Part shown: piece after piece, positions 26,926 through 40,872 of the stretch
Layout of the letters: each line of letters starts with the position of its first letter
Position numbering within the stretch: position 1 is the stretch's first letter
NCBI GenBank assembly: GCA_964577935.1
Contig: CAZOAJ010000003.1
Coordinates: forward strand, 24,618 to 88,617
Reading direction: 5' to 3'
From: an uncultured bacterium
GTDB taxonomy: Bacteria > Chlamydiota > Chlamydiia > Chlamydiales > FEN-1388
DNA length: 64,000 nucleotides
Translations under genes and position numbers: made by a program
The notes under the pieces: generated by a model
Seen by the model: the letters and a program-made list of their open reading frames with translations, nothing else
Database searches by the model: none
What the model was told of the DNA's origin: nothing

Positions 26926-27444
26926 ATGAAACAAGAAAAGCAGTATTTGCTCGATGAAATCAAAGAGCAGATTACACAATCTAATGCATTCGTCATTACT
27001 CAGTATGGAAAACTTACTGCTGTTATGGCGAATGAGTTTCGTCGAGAATTGCAAAGCGCAGGTGGTCATTTTGAGGTTGTTCGTAAGCGCGTTTTTATGA
27101 AAGCGCTTGAGCAAGCCGGCCTCTCTTTTGATCTCGATGGTCTTACGGGTCATGTCGGAATTGTCTTTGCTGGATCAGATCCAATCGAAGCGACAAAGGC
27201 GATTATTCGATATAGCGATAAAAACGATAAGATTTTGCAGCTTCTTGGCGGCCACTTTGATGGTCAGATGGTAGGTTCCGAAGATATGCAGAAAATTGCG
27301 ACTCTTCCGGGCCGTGATCAGATGCGTTCCGAGCTTCTCGGACTCTTCGAAGCGCCAATGGCACAAACATTGTCTGTTATGGAAGCTCTCCTTTGCTCAG
27401 TTCTTCATTGCATGGAGAACAAAGGCGCAGAGGAACAAAACTAG
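26926..27444 (+). CDS. rplJ: 50S ribosomal protein L10
   Basis: The in-frame ATG at 26926 (MKQEKQYLLDEIKEQI...) lies directly after the rplA stop. The longer ORF from 26848 would overlap rplA. Confidence 0.93.
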   Translation: MKQEKQYLLDEIKEQITQSNAFVITQYGKLTAVMANEFRRELQSAGGHFEVVRKRVFMKALEQAGLSFDLDGLTGHVGIVFAGSDPIEATKAIIRYSDKNDKILQLLGGHFDGQMVGSEDMQKIATLPGRDQMRSELLGLFEAPMAQTLSVMEALLCSVLHCMENKGAEEQN

Positions 27445-27489
27445 TATTCAGCTTCTAAACTTTAATTTTTTGAATGTGAGGGAATTGTT

Positions 27490-27876
27490 GTGAGTAAGAA
27501 CATGGAACAACTCGTTGAAGAGCTCTCCGGGCTTACTGTTCTCGAGATGGCTAAATTGAAAGATATGCTTGAAAGCAAGTGGGGCGTTAAGGCCGCTGCT
27601 GCAGCTCCTGCTGCAGTTGCTGTTGCAGCTCCTGCTGCGGCTCCTGCTGCAGAAGCTACTGATTTTCAAGTTACTCTTACTGAGTCGCCTGCAGATAAGA
27701 AGATCGGAATCATTAAGGTTCTCCGAGAGATCACTGGTCTCGGTCTTAAAGAAGCGAAAGATATGGTCGAATCAACTCCAAAGGTGATTAAAGAAACAAC
27801 ACCTAAGGCTGATGCTGAAGATATCAAAAAGAAGCTTGAAGCTGCTGGTGCAAAAGTTGCACTTAAAGCTGTTTAA
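27490..27876 (+). CDS. rplL: 50S ribosomal protein L7/L12
   Basis: It has an Ala-rich hinge ([21 protein letters not shown]) and the C-terminal [20 protein letters not shown]...AGAKVALK. Confidence 0.97.
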   Translation: MSKNMEQLVEELSGLTVLEMAKLKDMLESKWGVKAAAAAPAAVAVAAPAAAPAAEATDFQVTLTESPADKKIGIIKVLREITGLGLKEAKDMVESTPKVIKETTPKADAEDIKKKLEAAGAKVALKAV

Positions 27877-27895
27877 GCGACTGCGCTGCGTTCTT

Positions 27896-27921
27896 AGCAG
27901 GGATTGTAATAATCCCTGCTT
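27896..27921 (+). terminator. hairpin in the rplL-rpoB spacer (possible attenuator / processing site)
   Basis: AGCAGGGATT-gtaata-AATCCCTGCT forms a 10 bp perfect stem 20 nt after the rplL stop, with no U-tract. E. coli has a partial terminator at the equivalent place. Confidence 0.4.
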
Positions 27922-28322
27922 ATGAATCGTGCATCGTTGGAATGTGTAAGATAGTCGTTTGTGGAAATAACCTATTCCTGCTTGCGATAAATTGCGTATA
28001 TTGACTATCCTTTAGCTACTTTCTTATTTTCCTGTTGCAATCTATTTTTGCACCAGATCCTCGTGTAGTGCCTGAGAGAGGGGACATAATGAAGGAAGCA
28101 TTAAAATCTAATGCAAAATCTGATTCAAGTGGATCGGTCTATCATTCATGTGGAATGATTTTCATTTCGTATGGGGAGAACTCGAATCGCTTTTCGCTTC
28201 CTCATGCCTGTGTCCGTTATGGCACGTTTTTACCATTAGTAAGTTCTTTAAAGCACATGCCAAATAATCTAAATGGATAATTTGCATGTGGTACTGTACC
28301 TAAAAACCTCTGGAGTACGAGC

Positions 28323-32126
<3,804 letters not shown>

Positions 32127-32155
32127 TTTGCACCCAGAGATGGCGGAGTAGCACC

Positions 32156-35100
32156 ATGTCAGATGATGAAACACTCTATTCGGATGATCTCGGTACATAC
32201 GAGGTTGCAGACGAAGCCGCATTCGAAGACGAATTTGTCGACGAACTGGATGCCGGCTTTGACGACGAAGATGAAGATGAAGATGATGAAGAGGGCGATG
32301 GTCAAGAGTCCAAATCATCTTCAAAACAAAACTTTCAATTTGACGACGACGATTTTATGCGTCGTCGAAACAAATATGATGATCAATTCTTCACGACATC
32401 TTTTGATAAACTGACGATCCATATTGCATCGCCAGACGTTATCAGAAACCAGTGGTCGCGAGGCGAGGTCAAAAAACCTGAAACGATTAATTATCGAACC
32501 TTCAAGCCTGAGAAAGGCGGTCTATTCTGCGAAAAGATTTTCGGTCCAACGCGTGATTGGGAATGTTCTTGCGGAAAATATAAGAAGATCAAGCACAAAG
32601 GCATCGTTTGCGATCGTTGCGGTGTTGAAGTAACTTTGTCCAAGGTTCGTCGTGAGCGAATGGCTCACATTGAGCTTGCAGTTCCTGTTGTTCATATTTG
32701 GTTTTTTAAGTCTGCTCCATCACGAATGGGGAACATCCTTGGGATGTCCACAAGTGATCTTGAGCGTGTAATCTATTACGAAGAGTATGTGGTTATCGAT
32801 GCAGGCCAGACTGACCTTCAAAGAAAACAGCTCCTCAATGATTTAGAGCTTCGAGAAGCTCAAGAACGATGGGGTAAAGATGCTTTTGTCGCTCGAATGG
32901 GCGGAGAAGCTATCCGAGATCTTTTAGCGACTGAAGATTTGGTAACGCTTCTTCAAGAGCTCAAGGAAAAGCTGCGAAAAACTAAGTCAATGCAAGCGCG
33001 AATGAAAATCGCTAAGCGCTTGAAGATTGTTGAAGCTTTCGTAGGTTCAAGCAATCATGCTGACTGGATGGTTCTTTCTGCAGTACCGGTTATTCCACCA
33101 GATCTCAGGCCTTTAGTTCCTCTCGATGGCGGACGTTTTGCAACTTCTGACTTAAACGATCTCTATCGTCGAGTGATTAACCGTAATAATCGCCTTAGAG
33201 CCATCTTAAAGCTTAAAACACCTGAGGTTATCATCCGTAATGAGATGAGGATGCTTCAGGAAGCGGTTGATGCTCTATTTGATAATGGTCGCCACGGACA
33301 TCCTGTAATGGGTGCAGGTAACCGTCCTTTGAAATCCTTGGCAGAGATGTTAAAGGGTAAGCAAGGGCGTTTTCGTCAGAACTTGCTTGGTAAGCGTGTT
33401 GACTATTCAGGTCGATCGGTTATCGTTGTTGGTCCAGAACTTAAGTTTAATCAGTGCGGTATTCCGAAGATTATGGCTCTCGAGCTTTTCGAGCCATTTA
33501 TCATCCGTCGGCTGAAAGATTTGGGTCATGTCTACACGATTAGGTCAGCGAAGAGAAAGATTCAACGGCAGGATCCTGAAGTCTGGGATGTTCTCGAAGA
33601 AATCATCAAAGGTCATCCAGTCCTTCTGAACCGAGCTCCTACGCTTCATAGGCTTGGTATTCAAGCATTTCAACCTACGTTGATTGAAGGTAAGGCTATT
33701 CGTATTCACCCACTAGTTTGCGCTGCATTTAACGCGGACTTTGACGGTGACCAAATGGCTGTTCACGTACCTCTCTCTGTCGAGGCTCAAATTGAAGCTA
33801 AGACCTTGATGATGGCACCTGACAACATCTTCCTTCCTTCATCTGGTAAACCAGTAGCTGTTCCTTCTCAGGATATGACTCTTGGTCTTTACTATTTGAT
33901 GTGTGATCCTCTCTATAATCCTGAAGAGCAAGGTAAGAAAATAAAGCTCTTTAAAGATTCTGAAGAGGTTCTTCATGCTATGCATGCCGCTGGAAACTAC
34001 AAGTGGGGTGGCATGAAAACAAATGTGAAGGATCGACTTGACTACTCAGGTAGAGGTCTTCACATCCATGAAAAAATTAGGCTTCGCACTGAAAATGGTA
34101 CGATCGAGACTACGCCTGGGCGCGTTATCTTTAACCGTATTGTTCCAAAAGAGCTTGGCTTCCAAAACTATAGCTTACCGAAAAAGCGCTTAGGCGAGCT
34201 TGTTCTTGAGTGTTATAAGAAGGCAGGGCTTGAAGCTACTGTACGATTCCTTGATAACCTGAAGAACTTAGGCTTCCAAGAGGCTACAAAAGCTGCTGTT
34301 TCAATGGGTATCTGCGACGTTCTCGTTCCAGAATCCAAAGAGAAGCTTTTGAATGAAGCTCAAGCAAAGGTAACAGTTGTTCGACAGCAGTACGAAGATG
34401 GTATTATCACGGAAGGTGAACGCCGTTCCAAGATTATTACGATTTGGACGGAAACCACAGATGTTCTCTCGAACCAGCTCTTTAAACTGTTGGCTCAAGT
34501 TAACGATGCAAGGCTCAATCCTCTCTATATGATGATGGATTCGGGAGCTCGAGGAAATAAGTCTCAGGTTAAGCAGCTTGGTGCTCTTCGAGGTTTGATG
34601 GCTAAGCCATCAGGCGAAATTATCGAATCTCCAATTACTGCGAACTTCCGAGAAGGTCTTCAGCCGCTTCAGTATTTCACTTCGGCTCACGGTGCCCGTA
34701 AGGGTCTTGCCGATACTGCGCTAAAAACTGCTGACTCTGGATACTTAACACGAAGATTGGTTGACGTATCTCAAGATGTTATCATTACTGAAGATGATTG
34801 TGGAACACTCAATGGTATTGATGTTTCCGCTATCAAACAAGGTCAGGAGGAGCTTCTTCCTCTTAAGGATAGAATCTTTGGTAGAACAGTTTGTGATGAT
34901 ATCTATCTTCCAGGTGATACTTCAAAGCTGCTTGCAAAGTCTGGTGATATCTTAACTGTACAGCAGGCCGAAGCAATTGATAATGCAGGGTATGAATCGA
35001 TTCGAATTCGTTCCGTTTTGACGTGCGAAGCTCGACGCGGCGTTTGTGCTAAGTGCTACGGTGTTAACCTTGCTAATGGCAAAGGCGTTTCACAGGGCGA

Positions 35101-36541
35101 GGCTGTCGGTATCATAGCTGCTCAGTCGATCGGTGAACCTGGTACACAGCTGACTATGCGAACGTTCCACTTGGGTGGTGTCGCTTCTGCTGGTAGCACC
35201 CCTGAGATTGTTTCTGCTGCTGAAGGTATCTTGGTCTATCTCGATCTGAGAACAGTTCTTAATGAAGATGGTATCTTCATTGCTCTTAACAAGAACGGTT
35301 CTCTTAATATCGTGAAGGATGAAGGTAGAACGATGGAAGAGTATCGCAAGCTTCTTTCTACGAAGACGCTTGAACCCCTTCAGAGTTTTAACCTAGAGCT
35401 TGGAACACACATTCTTTTCGCGGATGGTGTTCGTGTAAAAGCGGGAACGAAGATTGCTCAGTGGGAGCCTCATAACGTACCTATTATTTGCGATAAGCCT
35501 GGTTATGTAAAGTATGATGACCTTGTTGAGGGGATTTCCACTCAAAAAGATACTAATCGTCAAACTGGACAGGTCGAGCTTGTAGTTAAGCAGCATCGCG
35601 GGGAGCTTCATCCTCAGATTGCGATTTATGCTGATAATGAATTTAAAGCTCTTGTTGGAACCTACGCTTTACCTCCTGGCGCTATTTTGAGCGTTGATGA
35701 AGGTGATTTTGTAAAGGCGGGATATCTTCTTGCTCGTATCCCAAGGGGTGCGATTAAGACGAAGGATATTACCGGGGGTCTACCAAGGGTTGCCGAGCTT
35801 TTTGAAGCACGTAAACCTCGTGATTCATCAGAAATTGCAAAGATTGATGGTATTGTAGACTTCCGCGGTGTTCAAAAGAACAAGCGAGTTGTTATTGTAC
35901 GTGATGAAGAGACCGGTGTAGAAGAAGAACATCTTATTCCGCATACAAAGCACTTGATCATTCAAAAAGGTGATCGTGTTGTGAAAGGTCAGCAGGTAAC
36001 TGATGGTCTTGTCATACCACATGAGATTTTGGATATTTGCGGTGTCAGAGAGCTTCAGAAGTACATGGTTAACCAGGTGCAAGAAGTATATCGACTCCAG
36101 GGTGTCGACATTAATGATAAGCACATTGAGATTATCATTCGCCAGATGTTGAAAAAAGTTCGAATCATCGACGCAGGTGATACAAGCTTTATTTATGGTG
36201 AAGAAGTCGATCGTCGAGAGTTTGAGCAAGAGAATATTAAGGTTGCAAAAGAGGGTGGAAAGCCTGCGCAAGCAGCGCCTCAGCTTCTTGGTATTACTCG
36301 AGCTTCTCTATCGACAGATTCCTTTATCTCTGCTGCATCCTTCCAAGACACTACTCGTGTTCTTACAGATGCTGCATGTGGTGGAAAAACTGACTATCTA
36401 TATGGGTTCAAAGAAAACGTTATCATGGGTCATACGATTCCAGGTGGTACAGGCTTTGCGCACCATAAGGCAGTCAAGAGTGTCGTTGAACGAGAGTCTG
36501 AAGAGCCTCTCGTCTTTGACTTCATTTCGACTCTTGCTTAA
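32156..36541 (+). CDS. rpoC: DNA-directed RNA polymerase subunit beta prime, with acidic N-terminal extension
   Basis: 1461 aa with the Zn-finger [23 protein letters not shown] and the catalytic [12 protein letters not shown]. About 90 extra, mostly acidic residues precede the conserved start region. Confidence 0.99.
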   Translation: MSDDETLYSDDLGTYEVADEAAFEDEFVDELDAGFDDEDEDEDDEEGDGQESKSSSKQNFQFDDDDFMRRRNKYDDQFFTTSFDKLTIHIASPDVIRNQWSRGEVKKPETINYRTFKPEKGGLFCEKIFGPTRDWECSCGKYKKIKHKGIVCDRCGVEVTLSKVRRERMAHIELAVPVVHIWFFKSAPSRMGNILGMSTSDLERVIYYEEYVVIDAGQTDLQRKQLLNDLELREAQERWGKDAFVARMGGEAIRDLLATEDLVTLLQELKEKLRKTKSMQARMKIAKRLKIVEAFVGSSNHADWMVLSAVPVIPPDLRPLVPLDGGRFATSDLNDLYRRVINRNNRLRAILKLKTPEVIIRNEMRMLQEAVDALFDNGRHGHPVMGAGNRPLKSLAEMLKGKQGRFRQNLLGKRVDYSGRSVIVVGPELKFNQCGIPKIMALELFEPFIIRRLKDLGHVYTIRSAKRKIQRQDPEVWDVLEEIIKGHPVLLNRAPTLHRLGIQAFQPTLIEGKAIRIHPLVCAAFNADFDGDQMAVHVPLSVEAQIEAKTLMMAPDNIFLPSSGKPVAVPSQDMTLGLYYLMCDPLYNPEEQGKKIKLFKDSEEVLHAMHAAGNYKWGGMKTNVKDRLDYSGRGLHIHEKIRLRTENGTIETTPGRVIFNRIVPKELGFQNYSLPKKRLGELVLECYKKAGLEATVRFLDNLKNLGFQEATKAAVSMGICDVLVPESKEKLLNEAQAKVTVVRQQYEDGIITEGERRSKIITIWTETTDVLSNQLFKLLAQVNDARLNPLYMMMDSGARGNKSQVKQLGALRGLMAKPSGEIIESPITANFREGLQPLQYFTSAHGARKGLADTALKTADSGYLTRRLVDVSQDVIITEDDCGTLNGIDVSAIKQGQEELLPLKDRIFGRTVCDDIYLPGDTSKLLAKSGDILTVQQAEAIDNAGYESIRIRSVLTCEARRGVCAKCYGVNLANGKGVSQGEAVGIIAAQSIGEPGTQLTMRTFHLGGVASAGSTPEIVSAAEGILVYLDLRTVLNEDGIFIALNKNGSLNIVKDEGRTMEEYRKLLSTKTLEPLQSFNLELGTHILFADGVRVKAGTKIAQWEPHNVPIICDKPGYVKYDDLVEGISTQKDTNRQTGQVELVVKQHRGELHPQIAIYADNEFKALVGTYALPPGAILSVDEGDFVKAGYLLARIPRGAIKTKDITGGLPRVAELFEARKPRDSSEIAKIDGIVDFRGVQKNKRVVIVRDEETGVEEEHLIPHTKHLIIQKGDRVVKGQQVTDGLVIPHEILDICGVRELQKYMVNQVQEVYRLQGVDINDKHIEIIIRQMLKKVRIIDAGDTSFIYGEEVDRREFEQENIKVAKEGGKPAQAAPQLLGITRASLSTDSFISAASFQDTTRVLTDAACGGKTDYLYGFKENVIMGHTIPGGTGFAHHKAVKSVVERESEEPLVFDFISTLA

Positions 36542-36571
36542 ATAGAGATCTATTCTCTAAAGGCGTAGAAT

Positions 36572-36607
36572 AAAAAAGGCCCTCAATTTTTTGAGGGCCT
36601 TTTTTAT
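36572..36607. terminator. bidirectional rho-independent terminator after rpoC
   Basis: AAAAAA-GGCCCTCAA-tttt-TTGAGGGCC-TTTTTTATTT. The A-run and T-run flank a 9 bp GC-rich stem. Confidence 0.85.
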
Positions 36608-36775
36608 TTCAATCTTCGATGCTTATTTTTTATCTCGAGTGATCTTGCGCTAAAGGTTCAAAACAGAGTGCTTTAGGGTTCCTTATATCCCGTCCATAAA
36701 TGAACGTGATATAAGGTGTTTCCTGATTATATTATGAGTTTAGATGCTAAACTTCGGGAGGTTTATTCGGGAGCG

Positions 36776-37885
36776 TTATTCGACATCTTCAATCGATTCA
36801 TCCCGCTTTGGGTCTATCTTCCAAATAGTTACACGAACAGTGTTTTTGTCGCTTGTGCACTCGTGAAGAAAGGACGAGATAGATTCTGATAGGCTTTGTC
36901 TGCTTGAGAATTGAGAGACTCCTATCCGTGGAACAAAAAGCTGAGCGTTGAGTTGCTCATCGTTTTTGATCAGTATGGAAATCGTTCTTTGGCTTTTGCC
37001 AGATCTATCCACTTCAACGAGGTGTGCTGCCAGTGGTTCATTCGTTCCAGCAAGTTTTGTTGTGATTTCAGCATTTGATGCACTATCTCGGCCAACCATT
37101 AATTCATCATATTGAACAGAGCTATTCATAAAAGATGCTGTCGCTAAGTCTTCTATAGCTTGGTACGCTTTTTTGCATTCGCCTTCTTTTTGCAGGAGAG
37201 CCTGATAGAGCTTTCTTGTGGTCGAAGCAAGTTCAATAACACTCCTTTGATGTTTCTTCAGTTCATCAAGCTTAAGCTTTCCTTCTGCATCATCTGAACT
37301 GTTAAGATACTCTTGAATGACACGGTGTTGATGTCCTGTTATATCGTAATAACTTCGGGTGGTTTCATCTTTGCATGCTTTGATACGCAAGGATAAATCA
37401 TTTTTCGATTCAAAAATAATTTGAGATATTTTTTGGAGTAGAGCTAAAGAGATTGATGATTGTTCAATATCAATTTTGTTTCCACTGAGAGCGATTAGTT
37501 TCGCAAGAGATTCTCCAGTATCTGTGCTTTCTGCGTAGATCCGACTTTCGAGTTCGGCTTGAATTTCTTGTTCTGTTTTATCTGGGACAATTTGAAGCTC
37601 TTGCAAAAGTGTATAAATCCGGAGAATCGATGTCCCCATAGGGGTTTTCCAGAATCCTTCAGGAAGATTGTGCGTTGCAAAGATGGTTGTGGCGTATTCA
37701 GATAGCTTAGGGCATGTTGACCAGGAGCAAAATAAATGCTTAATTTCCGAGAAAATAGAGCAGACGAGAGCATGTATCTTTGAGGAAATTGAAGAGAAGA
37801 ATGTCTTCTCTTGTTCCGTTTCTTTGGGTGTTATGACTTCTGGTGAAATAATTGAATTAAACTTCGGAATATTTAATGATGTCAT
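36776..37885 (-). CDS. hypothetical protein (369 aa), no recognisable domain
   Basis: A long ORF with no TM segment and a helical, coiled-coil-like centre. It sits between the rpoC terminator and the groEL paralog. Confidence 0.5.
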   Translation of the reverse strand: MTSLNIPKFNSIISPEVITPKETEQEKTFFSSISSKIHALVCSIFSEIKHLFCSWSTCPKLSEYATTIFATHNLPEGFWKTPMGTSILRIYTLLQELQIVPDKTEQEIQAELESRIYAESTDTGESLAKLIALSGNKIDIEQSSISLALLQKISQIIFESKNDLSLRIKACKDETTRSYYDITGHQHRVIQEYLNSSDDAEGKLKLDELKKHQRSVIELASTTRKLYQALLQKEGECKKAYQAIEDLATASFMNSSVQYDELMVGRDSASNAEITTKLAGTNEPLAAHLVEVDRSGKSQRTISILIKNDEQLNAQLFVPRIGVSQFSSRQSLSESISSFLHECTSDKNTVRVTIWKIDPKRDESIEDVE

Positions 37886-37999
37886 TTTATTACCATTTAA
37901 ATGATTAAATTTTAAATTAGCTTAATCAATGTGGTAATTAATTTAAATGTATTTATGTAAAGTGAGGAGGGGATGTCTGTTAGACATTAAGATGCGATG

Positions 38000-38034
38000 C
38001 CCTCGTGCTGTTTTTTTTACAGCACGAGGGTTTT
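38000..38034. terminator. strong hairpin just downstream of the groEL paralog
   Basis: CCCTCGTGCTGT-ttttttt-ACAGCACGAGGG forms a 12 bp perfect stem, with TTTT on the plus-strand side. It lies 22 nt beyond the groEL stop. Confidence 0.55.
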
Positions 38035-38055
38035 GAGTGTTGATTGTTGCGCTAG

Positions 38056-39642
38056 TTACTGTTCTTCTTTTGCATCCGTAATGAGCGCTTCGGAGATCAA
38101 GCCAATGCCAGCTGCAGAGGCTGCATGAAGAAGGTATGTTTTTACGACCTTAAGCGGATCTACGACTCCGGCTTTGATAAGATCTTCGACTTCCTCAGAG
38201 TTTGCATTAAATCCGAAATTGCCGCTCTTGAGAAGTACCTCAGCAACAACCACTGAGCCATCTTTTCCTGTGTTTGCGATAATTTGTCGAATGGGTGCTT
38301 CGCATGCCATGGAGACAATTTTTGCACCGAGAAGTTCATCGCCTTCAAGCTTTAATCCTTTCGCTGCTTTTGAAGCTTGAAGAAGAGCTACACCGCCGCC
38401 TGGAACAATGCCTGATTCAAGAGCTGCTTTTGTGGAGTTTAAGCTGTCTTCAAAAGCTTGTTTTTTGTTCTTTAGTTCAGGTTCAGTTGCCGCTCCGACT
38501 CGAATTTGTGCTACTCCGCCTGAAAGTTTAGCGCGACGCTCTTCAAGCTTTTCCTTTTCGTAGCTTGAGGTTGTGTTTTTGATCTCAGCATCTATTTGTT
38601 TGACACGTGCTTCGATGGCATGTTTATCGCCTGCAGATGCCACAATTGTGGTTGTATCTTTCGTGGAGATGATTTTGTCGCATTTGCCGAGCGCTTGGAC
38701 TCCAGCTTCCTTCAAGGAAAATCCAGCTTCTTCAGATATAACTGTTGCTGATGTTAAAACGGCAATATCCTGCAACATTCCTTTTCGGCGATCGCCAAAC
38801 CCAGGTGCTTTGACAGCTGTAACTCTTAATGTCCCGCGTAGCTTGTTGACTACCAATGTTGAAAGAACGTCCGGTTCAAAATCTTCTGCAATAATAAGAA
38901 GCTCTCGGCCGGTTGAAGCAATCGATTGTAGAACAGGCAAAAGGTCATGGATGGATGAAATTTTTTTGTCGACGAGAAGTATTGAGGCATCCTTCATCTC
39001 AACAATCATTTTTTCAGTGTTTGTGCAAAAATATGCGGATAGGTATCCACGGTCGAACTGCATTCCTTCCACAACTTCAATCGTGGTATCTGTACTCTTT
39101 GCTTCTTCAATTGTGATAACGCCTTGCTTCCCAACTTTTTTGATAGCTTCTGCAATTACCGCGCCAATTTCTTTATTAGAGGAGGCTGATACGGTTGCAA
39201 TATTGAGAATCTCAGCATCATTTTTAACAGGGATAGCCATGCTATCAAGCTCTTTGATAATGGCGTCTACGGCCTTGTCGATTCCTCGCTTGATGCCAAT
39301 CGGGCTTGCTCCTGCTGAAATAAACTTCAAACCTTGCTCGACAAGAGTTTTTATTAAAATTGTGCCTGTAGTTGTTCCATCACCGCACTTTTCTTTGATC
39401 TTTTGGACTGCTTCTTTTGCAAGCGAAACACCCATGTTTTCGAAGGCGTCTTGAAGTTCGAAATCGCGTACGATGCTGTTTCCATCATTGGTGATAGTTG
39501 GAGCTCCCCAGCTCTTTTCAAGACCTACATTTCGCCCTTTTGGTCCTAACGTGCAGGAGACAACATCTGCTAGTTTTTTTAAGCCGGTATAGAGTTTTTG
39601 CCGTGCTTCTTCTTCAAAAATGATTTCTTTTGCGTTAGCCAT
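38056..39642 (-). CDS. groEL: chaperonin GroEL paralog (no adjacent groES, no C-terminal GGM tail)
   Basis: MANAKEIIFEEEARQKLYTGLKKLADVVSCTLGPKGRNVGLEKSWGAPTITNDG...CGDGTTTGTIL. It ends ...ITDAKEEQ. The ATG at 39642 is preceded by GAGGAA. The longer ORF reaches 39687. Confidence 0.9.
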   Translation of the reverse strand: MANAKEIIFEEEARQKLYTGLKKLADVVSCTLGPKGRNVGLEKSWGAPTITNDGNSIVRDFELQDAFENMGVSLAKEAVQKIKEKCGDGTTTGTILIKTLVEQGLKFISAGASPIGIKRGIDKAVDAIIKELDSMAIPVKNDAEILNIATVSASSNKEIGAVIAEAIKKVGKQGVITIEEAKSTDTTIEVVEGMQFDRGYLSAYFCTNTEKMIVEMKDASILLVDKKISSIHDLLPVLQSIASTGRELLIIAEDFEPDVLSTLVVNKLRGTLRVTAVKAPGFGDRRKGMLQDIAVLTSATVISEEAGFSLKEAGVQALGKCDKIISTKDTTTIVASAGDKHAIEARVKQIDAEIKNTTSSYEKEKLEERRAKLSGGVAQIRVGAATEPELKNKKQAFEDSLNSTKAALESGIVPGGGVALLQASKAAKGLKLEGDELLGAKIVSMACEAPIRQIIANTGKDGSVVVAEVLLKSGNFGFNANSEEVEDLIKAGVVDPLKVVKTYLLHAASAAGIGLISEALITDAKEEQ

Positions 39643-39744
39643 AGATCGAATTTCCTCACAACGTATGGCATGATTTATAACGATCAACCATCGATTCTTG
39701 CAAGAGGAGATTGTGGATTATTTAGCAATTTCTGAATGAGAGTG

Positions 39745-40569
39745 CTAGTTTTTGATAAATGAAAGCGCTGATTGATAAAGTTGTTTTTTGCGAAGTCCAT
39801 ACATTTCCGCGATTTGATGTGAGGCTTCGCTGAGAGAGGTTCCTGAGTGATAGAGTAGCAAAACCTTTTGAGTTGCGACATCTAGGTCCACAGTCTTTTC
39901 GGAGCCTGGGCCAATGACCAGAATAAATTCTCCGCGAGGGGTCTGTTTCGAGATCTTCTCAAATACTTCTTCGCTTGATCCTCGAAGTACTTCCTGGTGA
40001 ATTTTTGTTAATTCACGTGCAAGAGCAATCGAGTGTTTTGGATTAATCGACTTGAGTTCCTCAACCGTTTCTTGGATTCTATGAGGCGATTCAAAAGCTA
40101 TTGTGGATCCTGGGTAATAGCAGCACTCTTCGAGGAGTTTTTTTCTTTCTCCCTGAGCTTTTGGGAGAAACCCGATGAATTGGAATCTAGAGCAGGGCAA
40201 TCCGGAGAGAATAAGAGCTATGATGGGGGAGCAGGGGCCTGGGATCGTGTCAACATTAAATCCCTCTTTAATTGCTGCAGAAACGAGTTCAAACCCTGGA
40301 TCAGAGATTAATGGGGTTCCTGCATCAGAGACCAAAACGACATTTTTTTCTTGTCTCAGGTTTTGCAAAACGGCTTCGATCTCTCTCGACTCATTGAAAG
40401 TGTGGTAGCTTTTGCAGGAAATGCCATGTATGCCAAGGTGGTCGAGAAGGATTTTTGTTCTTCGAGTATCTTCGCATAGAAGAAGATCCGCAGTTTCAAG
40501 GACTTTGATCGCCCTGCGAGAAAGATCTTCAAGATTTCCAATAGGAGTTGCGAGGAGAGTAAGCACCAA
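39745..40569 (-). CDS. rsmI: 16S rRNA (cytidine1402-2'-O)-methyltransferase
   Basis: LLATPIGNLEDLSRRAIKVLETADLLLCEDTRRTKILLDHLGI...VSDAGTPLISDPG is the RsmI/TP-methylase signature. Confidence 0.9.
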   Translation of the reverse strand: MVLTLLATPIGNLEDLSRRAIKVLETADLLLCEDTRRTKILLDHLGIHGISCKSYHTFNESREIEAVLQNLRQEKNVVLVSDAGTPLISDPGFELVSAAIKEGFNVDTIPGPCSPIIALILSGLPCSRFQFIGFLPKAQGERKKLLEECCYYPGSTIAFESPHRIQETVEELKSINPKHSIALARELTKIHQEVLRGSSEEVFEKISKQTPRGEFILVIGPGSEKTVDLDVATQKVLLLYHSGTSLSEASHQIAEMYGLRKKQLYQSALSFIKN

Positions 40570-40591
40570 AATACCTAAGCGAACGAGAATA

Positions 40592-40663
40592 AGGTGGCAC
40601 CCAGATTTGAACTGGGGAATGGAAGCTTTGCAGGCTTCTGCCTTACCACTTGGCTATGCCACC
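40592..40663 (-). tRNA. tRNA-Cys (anticodon GCA)
   Basis: The reverse complement is GGTGGCA-TA-GCC-AAGTGGTAA-GGC-A-GAAGC-CT GCA AA-GCTTC-CATTC-CCCAG-TTCAAAT-CTGGG-TGCCACC-T. The cloverleaf was folded by hand. Confidence 0.85.
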
Positions 40664-40685
40664 ATAAATGAACAAGTAGAAAACA

Positions 40686-40738
40686 ACTTGTGGTTGCAGA
40701 TACTACACGTTCCAGTAGTTGATTTGCAACCACAAAGT
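40686..40738. repeat. long inverted repeat / nested hairpin in the tRNA-Cys / murF divergent spacer
   Basis: ACTTGTGGTTGCA ... TGCAACCACAA(A)GT forms 11 perfect bp plus 3, with an inner ACTAC...GTAGT stem. Confidence 0.5.
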
Positions 40739-40872
40739 ATTTTCAAATGTTAGAATCTTTTCAAAAACTCAAGGAAGAATCTAAGAAGATTTGATTCTGA
40801 AAGAGAAAAAGCTCCTCAAGAGCTATCTTTCGTGGTATAAGCCAACAAAAATATTAAACCTGCAAGTTCAGA

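Noticed and set aside
27569-27787. Leu-rich 72 aa ORF ([10 protein letters not shown]...) in an alternative frame of rplL
   Set aside because: It is produced by the GCT/GCA-rich alanine hinge of L7/L12 read out of frame.
38573-39454. 293 aa ORF on the plus strand inside the groEL paralog
   Set aside because: It is fully antisense to a well-supported chaperonin gene. Its composition is low-complexity and Ser/Ala/Ile-rich, as expected for a shadow frame. It has no RBS or independent signals.
40412-40753. 113 aa plus-strand ORF
   Set aside because: It runs antisense through rsmI and straight across the tRNA-Cys gene, so it is an artefact.
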